Source of the DNA: Sulfolobales archaeon
GTDB lineage: Archaea; Thermoproteota; Thermoprotei_A; Sulfolobales; NBVN01
Length of the DNA stretch: 64,000 bases
Direction of reading: 5' to 3'
Assembly: GCA_038841535.1 (NCBI GenBank)
Contig: JAWBTQ010000006.1
Coordinates: 12,300-76,299 of the forward strand
Shown here: one piece after another, positions 21,083-32,157 of the stretch
Position numbering within the stretch: the first letter of the stretch is position 1
How the letters are laid out: every line of letters starts with the position of its first letter
Notes under the pieces: model-generated
Databases searched by the model: none
What the model was told of the DNA's origin: nothing
Seen by the model: only the letters and a program-made list of their open reading frames with translations
Translations under genes and position numbers: made by a program

Positions 21083-22639
21083 CTAACTAACCTCTATAAC
21101 TACGTTGATCCCCAGTTCATCCTTGATTCTCTTAATTTTCCGCCTAAGTCTGCTAAGACTTTTGGCCTCCTCCCTAGGTATACTGACGATAACGTTCTCA
21201 CCATTGTATACGACTCTAGCTGATGGAACGTAGGCCTTTATTAATGGCTCGATGTTTTTCCTTATGCTACTGCTGTATACCTTCTTAACCGGTATTACTG
21301 TTGTTTGCTCACCAAAGGTGTATATCTCGTACTCAAGCTCTCCAGTTAGCGCGTCTCTTACTTCAACTACTGGTCTAGCTAGGTCTGACTCTCTGAGGCC
21401 TGTCGGAAGTTTAACTGTGATATCTAGCTCGTAAACCTTTTTAACCTCACCAGAGTCTATGAATATCAGTGTATCAACAACAGATGGCAACATACCGACA
21501 TCAACTCTACTGATGAATCTCTGAATGGCGTCAATCGGAGAAGCCGCGTGAACTACTCCTACCATGCCGATGCCAGCTAGCCTCAGGTCTACATAGAGCT
21601 TAAAGTCTTCGTCGTTCCTCATTTCATCGAATATTGTGTAGTCAGGTCTACTCAATAAGAGGATATCGTGAAGTTCGTTAGGAGTAGCGTAGACTTTCGA
21701 GTACTGCGTTACCTGAGGCGGTAGCCTCATATCTCTAGGGGATTCCACTGTTTTCACTATCTTACCTTTTCTCGAGTAGTACTCTGCTAAAGCTTGAGCG
21801 AACGTCGTCTTACCCATACCAGGAGCTCCAGCAATCACTATCCCCTCTGCTTTCTCGTTAAGTCTCTTCATGAGCTTCTCTGGGAGGCTGTATTCCTCGA
21901 GCTTAGGCCTCGCAAGAGGCTTTACAGCGGTTATTTCCCAACCACTACTCATGGGGGGTCTGGAGACGATGATTCTGTAATCTCCGAGCTGAATGATGGT
22001 GGAACCCGTTCTCTCGATCTCTATTACGGCATCGGGTAGGGTCTTTGCTGCCTCTACGACCTCCTCAGAGAGGGACTCGATCTCCTCACGTGTTATGGGG
22101 ATGTCTGAGATCTTCTCAAGAACCCACCTTCCCGGACGCCCTCTTTTTACCTGAGGCGGTGCTCCCTCTTTGAGGTGTACACTCATTACATCTCCGACAA
22201 AATACTTCTCAAGCTCTTTGAGCTGTATTCTCTCTGGCTCTTTATAAAGAACTTTGACCCCCAGAATCTCGGCTGCGAGTTTTTGTGTTCTAGATGAAGT
22301 AACTAGTACATAATCATTCTCGTAGGTGTATTCCCTTATAGCTAAGTCTATATCGTCAACTCTCCTACCTAGAGTAGTTATTCTCAGCTTTATGCCATAC
22401 TTGTCCGCAAGGCTCCTAATTAACCTAAGTTCTTCAAGAGCAACAACACCTAAGCTCCTACCTTCTCTACTGAGATTATCGAAAAACACTACTAGCTCTC
22501 TGGGTATGGCGATAACACTCTTAATTTTCTCACTAATTATTAGCCTTCTGAGAACTCCATTGTATATAACGGTGCTATCTGGGACTATTACGGTTTCTCC
22601 AACAGTTCTTACATCACTTTCGTTTAACGTGCTTACCAT
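21083..22639 (-). CDS. PINc/VapC-family ATPase (PINA, Holliday-junction branch migration ATPase)
   Basis: N-terminal PIN (VPDST), GAPGMGKTTFAQALA, ESPRD, FDEMR, C-terminal KH-like region. Confidence 0.92.
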   Translation of the reverse strand: MVSTLNESDVRTVGETVIVPDSTVIYNGVLRRLIISEKIKSVIAIPRELVVFFDNLSREGRSLGVVALEELRLIRSLADKYGIKLRITTLGRRVDDIDLAIREYTYENDYVLVTSSRTQKLAAEILGVKVLYKEPERIQLKELEKYFVGDVMSVHLKEGAPPQVKRGRPGRWVLEKISDIPITREEIESLSEEVVEAAKTLPDAVIEIERTGSTIIQLGDYRIIVSRPPMSSGWEITAVKPLARPKLEEYSLPEKLMKRLNEKAEGIVIAGAPGMGKTTFAQALAEYYSRKGKIVKTVESPRDMRLPPQVTQYSKVYATPNELHDILLLSRPDYTIFDEMRNDEDFKLYVDLRLAGIGMVGVVHAASPIDAIQRFISRVDVGMLPSVVDTLIFIDSGEVKKVYELDITVKLPTGLRESDLARPVVEVRDALTGELEYEIYTFGEQTTVIPVKKVYSSSIRKNIEPLIKAYVPSARVVYNGENVIVSIPREEAKSLSRLRRKIKRIKDELGINVVIEVS

Positions 22640-22907
22640 GACTTTCGAGTGCCTGGTTATGACTCTATTTAGGAGGTTATAAGCTTAAGCTTTCCATAAA
22701 GTTAGTGGGGCTACTTTAGCACTCACTAGTTAAAAGTATTCACTACCTCAACTCACTAAACCATGCTCTTCGAAAAACATTGACTGTTAGCCAAATAGGC
22801 TCGATGCAGGCACTATAGAAAACATTTTCCCACAGAAATAGAGGTAAAAAGAGTTGACGTAGGTTAAAAGAAGCACTTTTAAGTCACTAATCTAAACATC
22901 TACTGGT

Positions 22908-23024
22908 GCGGGGGTGCCCGAGCCAGGTCAAAGGGGTCGGGCTTAAGATACTTCCGGCAGCAGTCATAAGTAGGAGACCCGATGGCGTAGGCCTGCGTGG
23001 GTTCGAATCCCACCCCCCGCACCA
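22908..23024 (+). tRNA. tRNA-Leu(TAA) with 29-nt intron (22948-22976); CCA encoded
   Basis: GCGGGGG/CCCCCGC acceptor, long variable arm, TCGGG-CTTAAG[intron]A-CCCGA. Confidence 0.95.
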
Positions 23025-23156
23025 TAGCTTATCGCTTCTCACCTCGCTTCACTAGCTTGCCTCGTAGTATGGATGTTACTGCCTACACGAGTATCTGATT
23101 TTAGTAGAAGCTACTAGTCACTATTTAAAAACTCGTACGCAGTATACCGTTTTGGT

Positions 23157-23245
<89 letters not shown>

Positions 23246-23264
<19 letters not shown>

Positions 23265-23680
23265 TCACAATTATGACTGCCAGGTGTGTGAGAATACACG
23301 ATTTTTCTTAAGAGTGCCGAGTCTTCTCTGAGTAGAAGCTCTAGGGCGATTGATTTGAGGGTTTCGCATGTTACTTCAAAGACCTTGAGCTTGCCTTGCT
23401 TTTTCGCTATCTCTAGGGCTACTAAGTGGTAGCAAGACCCTCTACGTCCTCTCACTACTACATCCAACTCAAAATTCTTACAGCTACAGTACATCCCGGG
23501 GAACAAAATGTAGCTTCTGTCTCGACCGTGAAATACATATAGTTCTACAATATCCACACCTTTCTTGCAGTAAAGCTTTAACAATCGCTTCTCCATTACG
23601 GCGTCTATAACTTTCTCAGAAGGATGGTCCATATAGCTTAACGTAAACTCATTCACTGATCGCTTATCTAGCCTACTCAT
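23246..23680 (-). CDS. SWIM zinc-finger protein
   Basis: YCSCKNF...CYHLVAL (CxC-xn-CxH). Confidence 0.8.
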
Positions 23681-24027
23681 GCGATCCAGCGTGTATTTCC
23701 TTAGAGAATATTTGAGCTTTTCGAGTTAACTAGAATTACTTGGAATGACCTAGCTAAAGAATATGTACAACCACTATCTCCCATAAAGGTATACGCAGAC
23801 GTGGTCTTTCTCAGAAGTCTTGAGTAGGTCTACTAGGTCTGGGTCTAGAAATGATATGATCATGATATCGTCTACTTTTCTCTTACTCAAGTTAAGTAAG
23901 GAGCTTTGCGAGCCACTCGAATCACGGTCTTTAGGGCACTCTTCTATATCTACGACATACATCCACCTCACCCTCACGTAGGTTCCTAGAGGACCGGTTG
24001 CGTGAGCAAACCACAAACCTCTATCCC

Positions 24028-25563
24028 CTACCTCTGAAGTAATTTAAGTAATAAGGTTGCGTACTTTAAGACTACATTAACGATTTCCGAGAGAGGTCCT
24101 AGAGTTTTTGATAGCCCAGTAAGCCTGCAGATATCGTTTTCAGTTATAGTTTTAGAGATAGCTAGTATTGCTACATAGACTGCTGAGTAAGCCGTAAATT
24201 TCAATGCTAGCAGAAGTAGTGAATCTGCAAACTCCCGACCTTTTATTACCGGTAGCAGCATAAGAGAAGGTATGAGTGCTGAAACTAGTACTCTAGCTGA
24301 GAATCTATGGTCTAAAGAAACGTCCATATACTCCACTAAGAAGTAGAGTTGCGCTATAGTGGTTATAGTACTGAGGACTAGGTAGGATATAGCCGCACCA
24401 TGTAGTCCACATATTCTTACGAGGGCATAGAGTAACGGGACGTAGGCAGCAGACCCTAGAATGTTTGATACTAGAATATACTTTGTCTTATTCATAGCGC
24501 TTAAAGCCGGTCCTACTACGTGCGACCCGAGTAGAGTTAGCGTGTTTACGAGTACGACCATGCTGAAGTACACGTCAGCCTCAGTATACCTCCGCCCGTA
24601 TACTACGCGAACTATATCGTGCGAAGTAGCTGATGAAAAAAGCGCTAAAGGTATAGAGAAAAGAACTACGTACTTAATAGAATCCGCAAAGAGATTCTTA
24701 AAGTCTTGACCACCTAGCTCTGAGAAAACTTTCAAGAAAGCCGTAGAAAATGGTGCTATAGCAATAGAAATCACACTCAAGAGGTTGAGAGCGGCTCTAT
24801 AGTTGCCTATCTCGAAATCTGTAAAGAATCTTGACAGCGTTAGAGTGGTATACATCTGCGTCATCGAGCCAACTAAACCAGTAACGTAAAGTGGGACTGA
24901 GAACCGGAGAATCTCGAGCAAGTCTTTAGAACTAAACCCTAGTTTAGGTCTACTTAGAGACCTCATTATCAGAACTACCCCAACTAGGGAGCTAGCCGTG
25001 GACGCTATAACTATACCTAGAACAGCGCCCTTGGTAAAGAAAGTTATTGCTAGGGCTATAGAAAGAGAGACTCTGAGGAAGTTGTATATAGGTTCTAGAA
25101 GCGCTGCCTTGACTCTTCTTCCCATACCCACTAGAGACGCCCTAGAGACGTTGAGAAGGGAGTACGATAGAAGATAGGGCATGGAGATAAATACGAGGTC
25201 GGAGTACTCTGGTCTGTTGATTAGGGTCTTCGATAGAGTGCTACTCGCAAGTGCTCCAAGCACCGTTATAATTGATGAAGTAGAGAGTGCGACGACTATT
25301 CCCAGGGTAACGTAAGATGCTGCTTTCTCCGGGTACCTAGGTATATACCTCACCATAGCTGCGGACATGCCTAAGTCAACGAAGGAGACGAGAAAAGCGG
25401 GTACAGCTAGAACTAAAGAGTATGCTCCGTAGCCTTCAGGACCTAGTACTCTCGCTAAAACGAGAGACCCTAGCCCAGCAATAAGAATAGAGAGAAAGCT
25501 TCCTCCAGCTAATGTAACGGCCGTGGAAGCTGCTTCATAGAGAGCATTGCTATCACTCTTCAA
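24028..25563 (-). CDS. Oligosaccharide flippase (Wzx/MATE-like)
   Basis: LARVLGPEGYGAYSL, DLGM, about 14 TMs. Confidence 0.88.
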   Translation of the reverse strand: MKSDSNALYEAASTAVTLAGGSFLSILIAGLGSLVLARVLGPEGYGAYSLVLAVPAFLVSFVDLGMSAAMVRYIPRYPEKAASYVTLGIVVALSTSSIITVLGALASSTLSKTLINRPEYSDLVFISMPYLLSYSLLNVSRASLVGMGRRVKAALLEPIYNFLRVSLSIALAITFFTKGAVLGIVIASTASSLVGVVLIMRSLSRPKLGFSSKDLLEILRFSVPLYVTGLVGSMTQMYTTLTLSRFFTDFEIGNYRAALNLLSVISIAIAPFSTAFLKVFSELGGQDFKNLFADSIKYVVLFSIPLALFSSATSHDIVRVVYGRRYTEADVYFSMVVLVNTLTLLGSHVVGPALSAMNKTKYILVSNILGSAAYVPLLYALVRICGLHGAAISYLVLSTITTIAQLYFLVEYMDVSLDHRFSARVLVSALIPSLMLLPVIKGREFADSLLLLALKFTAYSAVYVAILAISKTITENDICRLTGLSKTLGPLSEIVNVVLKYATLLLKLLQR

Positions 25564-25689
25564 CTCGTGCGATCCTGAAGATTTAGTTGAGAAACAAGGT
25601 TAAAAGAGTGTTTTATAGAGTACTGTGCTAGACAGCTTTTGCGATGCTGCGTGAAGCTTTAAAACTTTCTTCCGGTTACTGTTGCTGAG

Positions 25690-27132
25690 ATGAGTACTGC
25701 TTACATAAAACACTTGAGGAAACCTACGAGGATACTGTCTGGAGTGTCTGTAGTAGCTGTTATGACTAAGCCGCATCGGTGCCCGCACGGTAAGTGTGTT
25801 TACTGTCCAGGTGGACCTGAGTTCAATACTCCGCAGAGCTACATCGGTGAGGAGCCTGCACTCATGAGAGCTCTGAGAGTGGGCTTTGACCCGTACGAGC
25901 AAGTGAGAGTGAGGCTGAAGCAATACGAAGCCTTGGGGGCGTTCCCTAGCAAAGTGGAGGTAGTAGTTATGGGTGGTACTTTTATGGCTTTTCCCGAGGA
26001 TTACCAGGAGTGGTTTATAGCTAGCATTTTCGATGCCGCTAACCGATACCCAGAGTCGAGATCTTCTGGTTCCCCCAGCCTACAGGAAGCTCACAGATTA
26101 AATGAAACAGCTGGAGTGAGAATAGTCGGATTAACGATCGAGACTAGGCCCGATTACGCTAAAGAAAAGCACTCAGATAGAATGCTCTATCTCGGTGCCA
26201 CTAAGGTTGAGTTAGGAGTTCAAACAGTTTTCGACGAAATCCTGACGTTAGTGAGGAGGGGTCACACAGTACGAGACACCGTTGAAGCCACGAGGATACT
26301 TAAGGACAGCGGGTTTAAGGTGGTCTACCACATAATGCCTGGCTTGCCAGGGTCTGACCCAGATAAAGATATCCAGACAATTAAGGAAGTATTTGAAAAC
26401 CCGGACTTCAGGCCGGACATGCTCAAGATATATCCAACTGTTGTAACTGAGGGTACTGAATTATATAAGTGGTGGCTTGAAGGTAGGTACCGGCCCTACA
26501 CTGATGAAGAAGCTATTGAACTGGTGTCTGAGTTCTACCGCTACATACCGAAGTGGGTTAGAGTTATGAGAATACAAAGAGACATCCCAGCTCAGTACAT
26601 TGTGGCTGGACCCAGGAAGGGTAACCTACGCGAGCTCGTAGAGCTCAAAGCCCTCTCTAAGGGAGTGAAAATCAGGGAGATCAGGTTTAGGGAGATAGGT
26701 CGCCAGGAACTCTACCGAGGCGTAAGACCTTCGGAACTCTACATTGCGAGAGAGTATTATGAAGCAAGTGGGGGTATAGAGGTCTTTTTGTCAGTAGAAA
26801 ACACTGTATCTGATGTAGTTGCAGGCATACTGAGGCTTCGGATTCCTTCAGATAGAGCACACAGACAGGAGCTTAGGAGTAGGTCCGCTATTGTGAGAGA
26901 GCTCCACGTATACGGATTGCAGACCCCGATAGGTGTTTACTACGACTACTCCTGGCAACATAAGGGGTGGGGGGCAAGGTTACTCGAGGAAGCTGAGGAA
27001 ATAGCTGGATACGAGTTTAGCTGTAATAGAATACTCGTACTTTCAGGTGTCGGTGCCAGAGAGTACTATCGAAAACGCGGGTACTATAGACTCGGGGACA
27101 GTCCGTACATGGTTAAAGACCTTAAGTTCTGA
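25690..27132 (+). CDS. elp3: Elp3 tRNA uridine(34) acetyltransferase (radical SAM + GNAT)
   Basis: CPHGKCVYCPGG, ETRPD, RIQRDIP, RELHVYG, QHKGWG, GVGAREYY. Confidence 0.96.
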   Translation: MSTAYIKHLRKPTRILSGVSVVAVMTKPHRCPHGKCVYCPGGPEFNTPQSYIGEEPALMRALRVGFDPYEQVRVRLKQYEALGAFPSKVEVVVMGGTFMAFPEDYQEWFIASIFDAANRYPESRSSGSPSLQEAHRLNETAGVRIVGLTIETRPDYAKEKHSDRMLYLGATKVELGVQTVFDEILTLVRRGHTVRDTVEATRILKDSGFKVVYHIMPGLPGSDPDKDIQTIKEVFENPDFRPDMLKIYPTVVTEGTELYKWWLEGRYRPYTDEEAIELVSEFYRYIPKWVRVMRIQRDIPAQYIVAGPRKGNLRELVELKALSKGVKIREIRFREIGRQELYRGVRPSELYIAREYYEASGGIEVFLSVENTVSDVVAGILRLRIPSDRAHRQELRSRSAIVRELHVYGLQTPIGVYYDYSWQHKGWGARLLEEAEEIAGYEFSCNRILVLSGVGAREYYRKRGYYRLGDSPYMVKDLKF

Positions 27133-27175
27133 AGCTTTAATCGCTATTTGGAAAATACAAAATACGTATTTGTGC

Positions 27176-27691
27176 TCACTGTCTCGCTTGAGGTAGTCTA
27201 TCAACGTATTTTGCTAAATCCCTTGGAATAAGCAACCTGATCTTGGCTCCAGCAAGTCGAAGAGCTATTGCTTCTGTAATCTTCAATAGCCTTGAGGAAA
27301 AAGCTCTATACCTGCATTCTCCCAGAACCACGTCTTCCTCGAATCTCACTGGTACTCTGAGCTCGTGATCTACGAACCCGAAGAGCAGTATTAAGTAGAA
27401 AGTATATAGTCCTCGAGATATCTCAGTCAGGAATTTGAGGTCTATAAGTGAGTCTTCATCTACTTGCTCGGGTAGGGTTCCAGAAATAACCTTCGATAAC
27501 CTAATCTGCGGTAAAGATTTCGCTAGGTTGCGAAGAAGTTCAATGAACTCCCTGCACGACAGCATTCGGCTCAAACAAAATGAGAGTCCCGCTAGTACGT
27601 CTCTATAAATACCCATTACGTCCTCATGACTTAGTCTAGAAAGTTCTTCACTTACTAGTTCTGCTAAGGTAATTTTATCAATGCTCGACAT
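27176..27691 (-). CDS. Probable GINS subunit Gins15
   Basis: Helical A-domain with IRLSKV and C-terminal B-domain (VPVRF...AIALRLAG). Confidence 0.5.
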   Translation of the reverse strand: MSSIDKITLAELVSEELSRLSHEDVMGIYRDVLAGLSFCLSRMLSCREFIELLRNLAKSLPQIRLSKVISGTLPEQVDEDSLIDLKFLTEISRGLYTFYLILLFGFVDHELRVPVRFEEDVVLGECRYRAFSSRLLKITEAIALRLAGAKIRLLIPRDLAKYVDRLPQARQ

Positions 27692-27845
27692 ACCCGCCTA
27701 GTTGTCTAGAGCGCACAAGCTATTTAAACCTTCAGAGTACTCTCCGGCAATGGAGACCTCATTTCAGCCACTTTTAGCTCCAATAGAGTTTAACTATATT
27801 TGCTTTGTAACTCTTGATCTAGTGGGATTAAAGATCAAGGGTAGC

Positions 27846-28235
27846 TTGAGCTTTGAGGAAAGAGTGCTGGAGATAATCAAGGACTCGACTAAAAAGAGTG
27901 GGGGGATAGTCCAGAGCGAATTATGGCGTATGCTTGGTATAGATAGTAGAGAGGGGAGTAAGCTTATCGCTAGACTAATGAGGAAAGGTCTTTTAATGAG
28001 AGAGGCAGTAACGTACAAAGGAAAGAAGACCTACATTCTGAGGTACGCCGACAATACGAGGGCCCCGGTCAGTGTTTCTGTGAATTTAAACCCAGTAGTT
28101 GAGGTACCATGCTTCGCGTGTAAGCAAATAAACAGGTGTAGCATAGGAGGTTATTATGACCCGACCAGGTGCCCACTTCTTACGAGATACCTGCTGTCAA
28201 TGAACATCCGGAGAACCCTGTCGCTTCTACCGTAG
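27846..28235 (+). CDS. TFE-beta (RPC34/hRPC39-like winged helix + Fe-S domain)
   Basis: GIVQSELW...DSREGS winged helix; C-terminal PCFAC...C...DPTRC; TTG start chosen at 27846. Confidence 0.85.
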   Translation: MSFEERVLEIIKDSTKKSGGIVQSELWRMLGIDSREGSKLIARLMRKGLLMREAVTYKGKKTYILRYADNTRAPVSVSVNLNPVVEVPCFACKQINRCSIGGYYDPTRCPLLTRYLLSMNIRRTLSLLP

Positions 28236-28313
28236 CTCGCTGTTTCTGTAGACTTCTGCGAATTTGTAGTAAGCACATGAAGTAAATTAATAAGCTTCTG
28301 AACCTCATGTACC

Positions 28314-28368
28314 TTAGTGATGAAACGACGGTCTCCTGATGGTTGATGTATCTTCTCTTCTCTGATTA
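28314..28368 (+). ncRNA. Box C/D 2'-O-methylation guide sRNA
   Basis: C GTGATGA 28317-23, 12-nt guide, D' CTGA 28336-39, C' TTGATGT 28343-49, 12-nt guide, D CTGA 28362-65; TATA-like sequence ~25 nt upstream. Confidence 0.88.
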
Positions 28369-28420
28369 ACTAACGGGCTTTAAAGATGAGATACCTAGAG
28401 AATATACTAGGTGTGGAGGT

Positions 28421-29989
28421 GTGGCAGTAATCGAGGAAAGCTTTAAGTCGATTTCGCCAGCGGAGTTCTTTTATAAGAACAAGGAGATAGCCGGATTCTC
28501 AAACCCAGCTCGGGCTCTATACCAAACTATTAGAGAGCTTGTCGAGAACTCTCTCGACGCAACAGAAAACCACGGCATTCTTCCAATAGTCAAGGTATCA
28601 ATTCGGGAGCTTGAAGTAGTTCCCGAAGGAGCATACTACGAGGTGGTTGTTGAGGATAACGGCGTGGGAATCCCCCCCAAATACGTCCCACAAGCGTTCG
28701 CCCAACTATTGTTTAGCTCTAAGTACGTTTTGCGGCAGTCGAGGGGCATGTTTGGTCTAGGAGCTAAAATGGCAGTTCTTTACGCTCAAATAACTACAGG
28801 TTATCCGGCTGAAGTAATAGTAGCGCCAGTAAAGTCCAAACACGTATATAGCTTTAAACTGAAGATAGACATAAGAGAGAATAGGCCGGTCATACTGAAT
28901 TTCACCACGACCTCGAACATATTGGGGAAACACGGTACTACCGTTAGGTTGATCACTTTAGGTGATTGGATAAGATCCAAGCAGAGGATATATGAGTACA
29001 TAAGGAGAACGGCAATAATAGCTCCTTATGCCGAGATATTATTTAGAGATCCCGATAGCAATTACTTACTGTTTGAGAGAACTATAGACAAACTACCACC
29101 TCCAGCTAGGGAAACACTACCTCATCCACACGGAGTAGACATAGAAACTATGAAGAGCATACTCAAATCCCTAGCGAGTAAGTCTATTCTCGAGAGCCTA
29201 GTAGAGAGCTTTCAAGGAATTGGTGTTATGACGGCACAAAGGATCCTTACAGAAGCAGGAATAAGCCCGGAGAGGAGATCTGGTGAACTTACGGACCCCG
29301 AGATAGAGGCTCTCGTTAGAGTAATGAAGAATTACAAGGAAATAAAGCCGCCGAGGGCTGATCATCTGTCGTACTTGGATGAAGAGATCATAGTTGCTGG
29401 CCTAAAGAAGGTGTTTGAACCGGAATTTGCTACCGCTGTCACTAGGAAACCATCAGTGTTCGAAGGCCACGCGTTTATAGTGGAGGTTGGAATAGCCTAC
29501 GGGGGTAAGGTACCAGTAGTTGAGAAACCCCTAGTCTTAAGATACGCCAATAAGATTCCCTTACTATACGACGAAGGTAGTGACGTAGTGTTCAAGGTTT
29601 TAGATGAGAAGAAGGGCATAGATTTTAAGGTATACGAAATAGAGTTTCCATCACCGCTCGTAATACTAACCCACATATGCAGTACTAAGATTCCCTATAG
29701 AGGAGTTGGTAAAGAGGCCGTTGCTGATATCCCAGAGATAGAAGAAGAGGTAGAAAGCGCTCTTCGCGAAGCTCTAAGGGAGCTTAGATCATACATATTA
29801 AAAAAGAGAAAGGAGATGGAAGAAATAGAGAAGGCTGTGGCTATAGCAAAGTACATACCTGAAGTAGCTAATTCTCTGTCGAGAATGTATAAAGTAAATT
29901 CGCGAGAGATATCTACTAAGCTCCTAGAGCTTCTTAACTCTAGACTCAGGTCGTTCAAGATACCGAGTTTGAGTAGCGTGGTGATCTGA
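28421..29989 (+). CDS. top6B: DNA topoisomerase VI subunit B
   Basis: ELVENSLDA, EDNGVG, QSRGMFGLG, PHPHG, RYANKIPL. Confidence 0.97.
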   Translation: MAVIEESFKSISPAEFFYKNKEIAGFSNPARALYQTIRELVENSLDATENHGILPIVKVSIRELEVVPEGAYYEVVVEDNGVGIPPKYVPQAFAQLLFSSKYVLRQSRGMFGLGAKMAVLYAQITTGYPAEVIVAPVKSKHVYSFKLKIDIRENRPVILNFTTTSNILGKHGTTVRLITLGDWIRSKQRIYEYIRRTAIIAPYAEILFRDPDSNYLLFERTIDKLPPPARETLPHPHGVDIETMKSILKSLASKSILESLVESFQGIGVMTAQRILTEAGISPERRSGELTDPEIEALVRVMKNYKEIKPPRADHLSYLDEEIIVAGLKKVFEPEFATAVTRKPSVFEGHAFIVEVGIAYGGKVPVVEKPLVLRYANKIPLLYDEGSDVVFKVLDEKKGIDFKVYEIEFPSPLVILTHICSTKIPYRGVGKEAVADIPEIEEEVESALREALRELRSYILKKRKEMEEIEKAVAIAKYIPEVANSLSRMYKVNSREISTKLLELLNSRLRSFKIPSLSSVVI

Positions 29990-29990
29990 C

Positions 29991-31166
29991 ATGGCTACTG
30001 ATAGCTATTCGTCTAAAATAGACGTAAGGGCTCGCGAGAGGGCTCTCAAGATCCTTTACGATAAGTTCTACGATGTTCTCAAGGATATATCGGAAGGAAA
30101 GCCGCCGAAGCTAGTAATAAAAAAGAGAACTCTAGGTAACACTATTTACGACCTAGAGAGAAAGCTACTACTTCTTGGTGAAGCAACTTTCGAGAGGTCT
30201 CTCCTAGATCTGCGCGAGGCCAGAAAATTTATGCAGACACTGCTTATGGCGGGTATAATTTACGAAGCACTATCTAATGGGGAGTATCCAACTATAAGAG
30301 ACCTCTATTACAGAGGTAAGCACACGATACGGTATAGAAAGCTACCAACAAAGTCTATTGGGGAGGAAAACACTTGGGAGGAGCAGGCAGAGTCGGACTC
30401 CGTACTCAGGGATATAGAAGTATTTTCTAATGTGCTTAGAGAAGAGATGCTGATACTGAGCAAGGAGAAAGGTAAGGTTGTGGGCGACCTAAAGATAAGG
30501 TCCGGAGACGATACCATAGACCTGAGTAAAATGGGGCATGGTGCCTACTCTATCGAACCTACACCTGATCTCATAGATTTCATTGAAGTTAACGCTGAAC
30601 TTGTTTTGGTTATCGAGAAAGACGCCGTCTTTCAGCAACTTCATAGAATCGGGTTCTGGAAGAAGCATCATGCTATATTAATTACGAGCGCAGGGCAACC
30701 AGATAGAGCTACTCGGAGGTTTGTTAGGAGGCTTAATGAGGAGCTCGGCTTGCCTGTTTACGTGATTTCTGATTCAGATCCTTATGGATACTACATTTAC
30801 AGCGTCTTTAAGACCGGATCAATAACCTTATCTTACGAAAGCGAGAGACTAGCTACACCACACGCTAGATTCCTTGGAGTCATGATGACTGACATATTTG
30901 GAAGCACTAAGCTCGGGAAGAAGCCGTACCTAACTGAAGAAGAAAGACGAAACTTCATTATAAGGGCTAAGGAACGAGACATTAAGAGGGCTAAGGAGCT
31001 GAAGGAGTATCCTTGGTTTAAGTCTGAGAGGTGGCAGATAGAGCTTAACGAGTTTTTAGACAGGAAAGTGAAGTTGGAGATTGAGGCTCTAGCAGGTAAG
31101 GGCCTTAAGTTCCTAGCAGATAAATATGTTCCAGAGAAAATCGATGTGGGAGACTGGATTGAGTAA
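29991..31166 (+). CDS. top6A: DNA topoisomerase VI subunit A
   Basis: TIRDLYY, IEKDAVF, DSDPYG, KLEIEA. Confidence 0.97.
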   Translation: MATDSYSSKIDVRARERALKILYDKFYDVLKDISEGKPPKLVIKKRTLGNTIYDLERKLLLLGEATFERSLLDLREARKFMQTLLMAGIIYEALSNGEYPTIRDLYYRGKHTIRYRKLPTKSIGEENTWEEQAESDSVLRDIEVFSNVLREEMLILSKEKGKVVGDLKIRSGDDTIDLSKMGHGAYSIEPTPDLIDFIEVNAELVLVIEKDAVFQQLHRIGFWKKHHAILITSAGQPDRATRRFVRRLNEELGLPVYVISDSDPYGYYIYSVFKTGSITLSYESERLATPHARFLGVMMTDIFGSTKLGKKPYLTEEERRNFIIRAKERDIKRAKELKEYPWFKSERWQIELNEFLDRKVKLEIEALAGKGLKFLADKYVPEKIDVGDWIE

Positions 31167-31866
31167 TCGGGTTCCTTGCTACCTGCTAAACTACATAAAA
31201 TCGCTTGAGGAGTCTATAGACCAAACAATGTTGAGAATGGATGCAACAGAAAAAGACTATATGTCTTTCATTGAGGCTTCAGAGAAGTACAAGTTTAGAG
31301 CTGTAATAGTTCCTCAGGCAGTCCTCTCTTTAGTGGTGTCAGTAACTAGACATGTAGTTGGTACAGTCGTCGGGTTCCCGATGGGCTTCAGCTCTTTGAA
31401 GGTTAAGCTCAGCGAGATAGACTTTGCTGCCAATAGTGGGGCGCGCGAGGTTGATGTCGTCGTAAACACTATTCTAGCCAAGAGCGGTAAGTGGAGAGAG
31501 CTGGCTGAAGAGATCTCGAAAGTCGTTGAGAAAGCCCGAGAGTACGGGCTTTTAACAAAGATTATAATCGAGACGTCGGTTTTAAGAAGAGATGAGATCG
31601 AGACGATTTCCAGAATAGTTGAAGACTCTGGAGCAGACTTCGTGAAAACAAACACGGGATTTGGGCCTAGAGGAGTTATACCATCTGATATATTGACTAT
31701 AAAGTCTTCTATAGCTGGAAGATGCAAGATCAAGGCATCTGGGGGTATTAGAACAGCTTTAGACGCCGCCTTAATGGTCTACCTAGGAGCGCACGTCATT
31801 GGGACAAGCCATGGAGTTGAGATAGTTGAGCAGGCTAGGAAGGCTTTAAGTGAAAGCTGCTTTTAG
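31159..31866 (+). CDS. deoC: Deoxyribose-phosphate aldolase
   Basis: VVGFPMG, EVDVV, KIIIET, FVKTNTGF, IKASGGIR; TTG start overlapping the top6A end. Confidence 0.93.
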   Translation: MSNRVPCYLLNYIKSLEESIDQTMLRMDATEKDYMSFIEASEKYKFRAVIVPQAVLSLVVSVTRHVVGTVVGFPMGFSSLKVKLSEIDFAANSGAREVDVVVNTILAKSGKWRELAEEISKVVEKAREYGLLTKIIIETSVLRRDEIETISRIVEDSGADFVKTNTGFGPRGVIPSDILTIKSSIAGRCKIKASGGIRTALDAALMVYLGAHVIGTSHGVEIVEQARKALSESCF

Positions 31867-32157
31867 CTGTACCGTGAGACCTCCACCTCCTCTCGTTTAA
31901 GGTTACTATTAATTACTGTTAATTGTTGTGATTTAGGATTTAGTACAGAGTAGTTCATACTGTCTCCAGGTCTCAACTACGGACAGTCACGCATACCTGC
32001 CGTCCAGGATTACGGTAGTTATTAATCACTGCAACAGCTAGCTATAGGTCATTTAGTCACAATGAAATTGCTGAGGCCTTAGAGAGAAACAGTGGGATTC
32101 AAGAACTGATGAGTACCCTTAATAGCTTGGGTTTCTAGTCTGATGTGGTGCTCCTAG

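Noticed and set aside
23774-24016. 80-aa ORF after the flippase, possibly a glycosyltransferase relic
   Set aside because: Only a vague ISFLDPD resemblance; cannot be supported.
32106-32143. CTGATGA...CTGA as hammerhead ribozyme or C/D sRNA
   Set aside because: No GAAA core, too short for two guides, and it overlaps the likely TATA of the aldolase gene.
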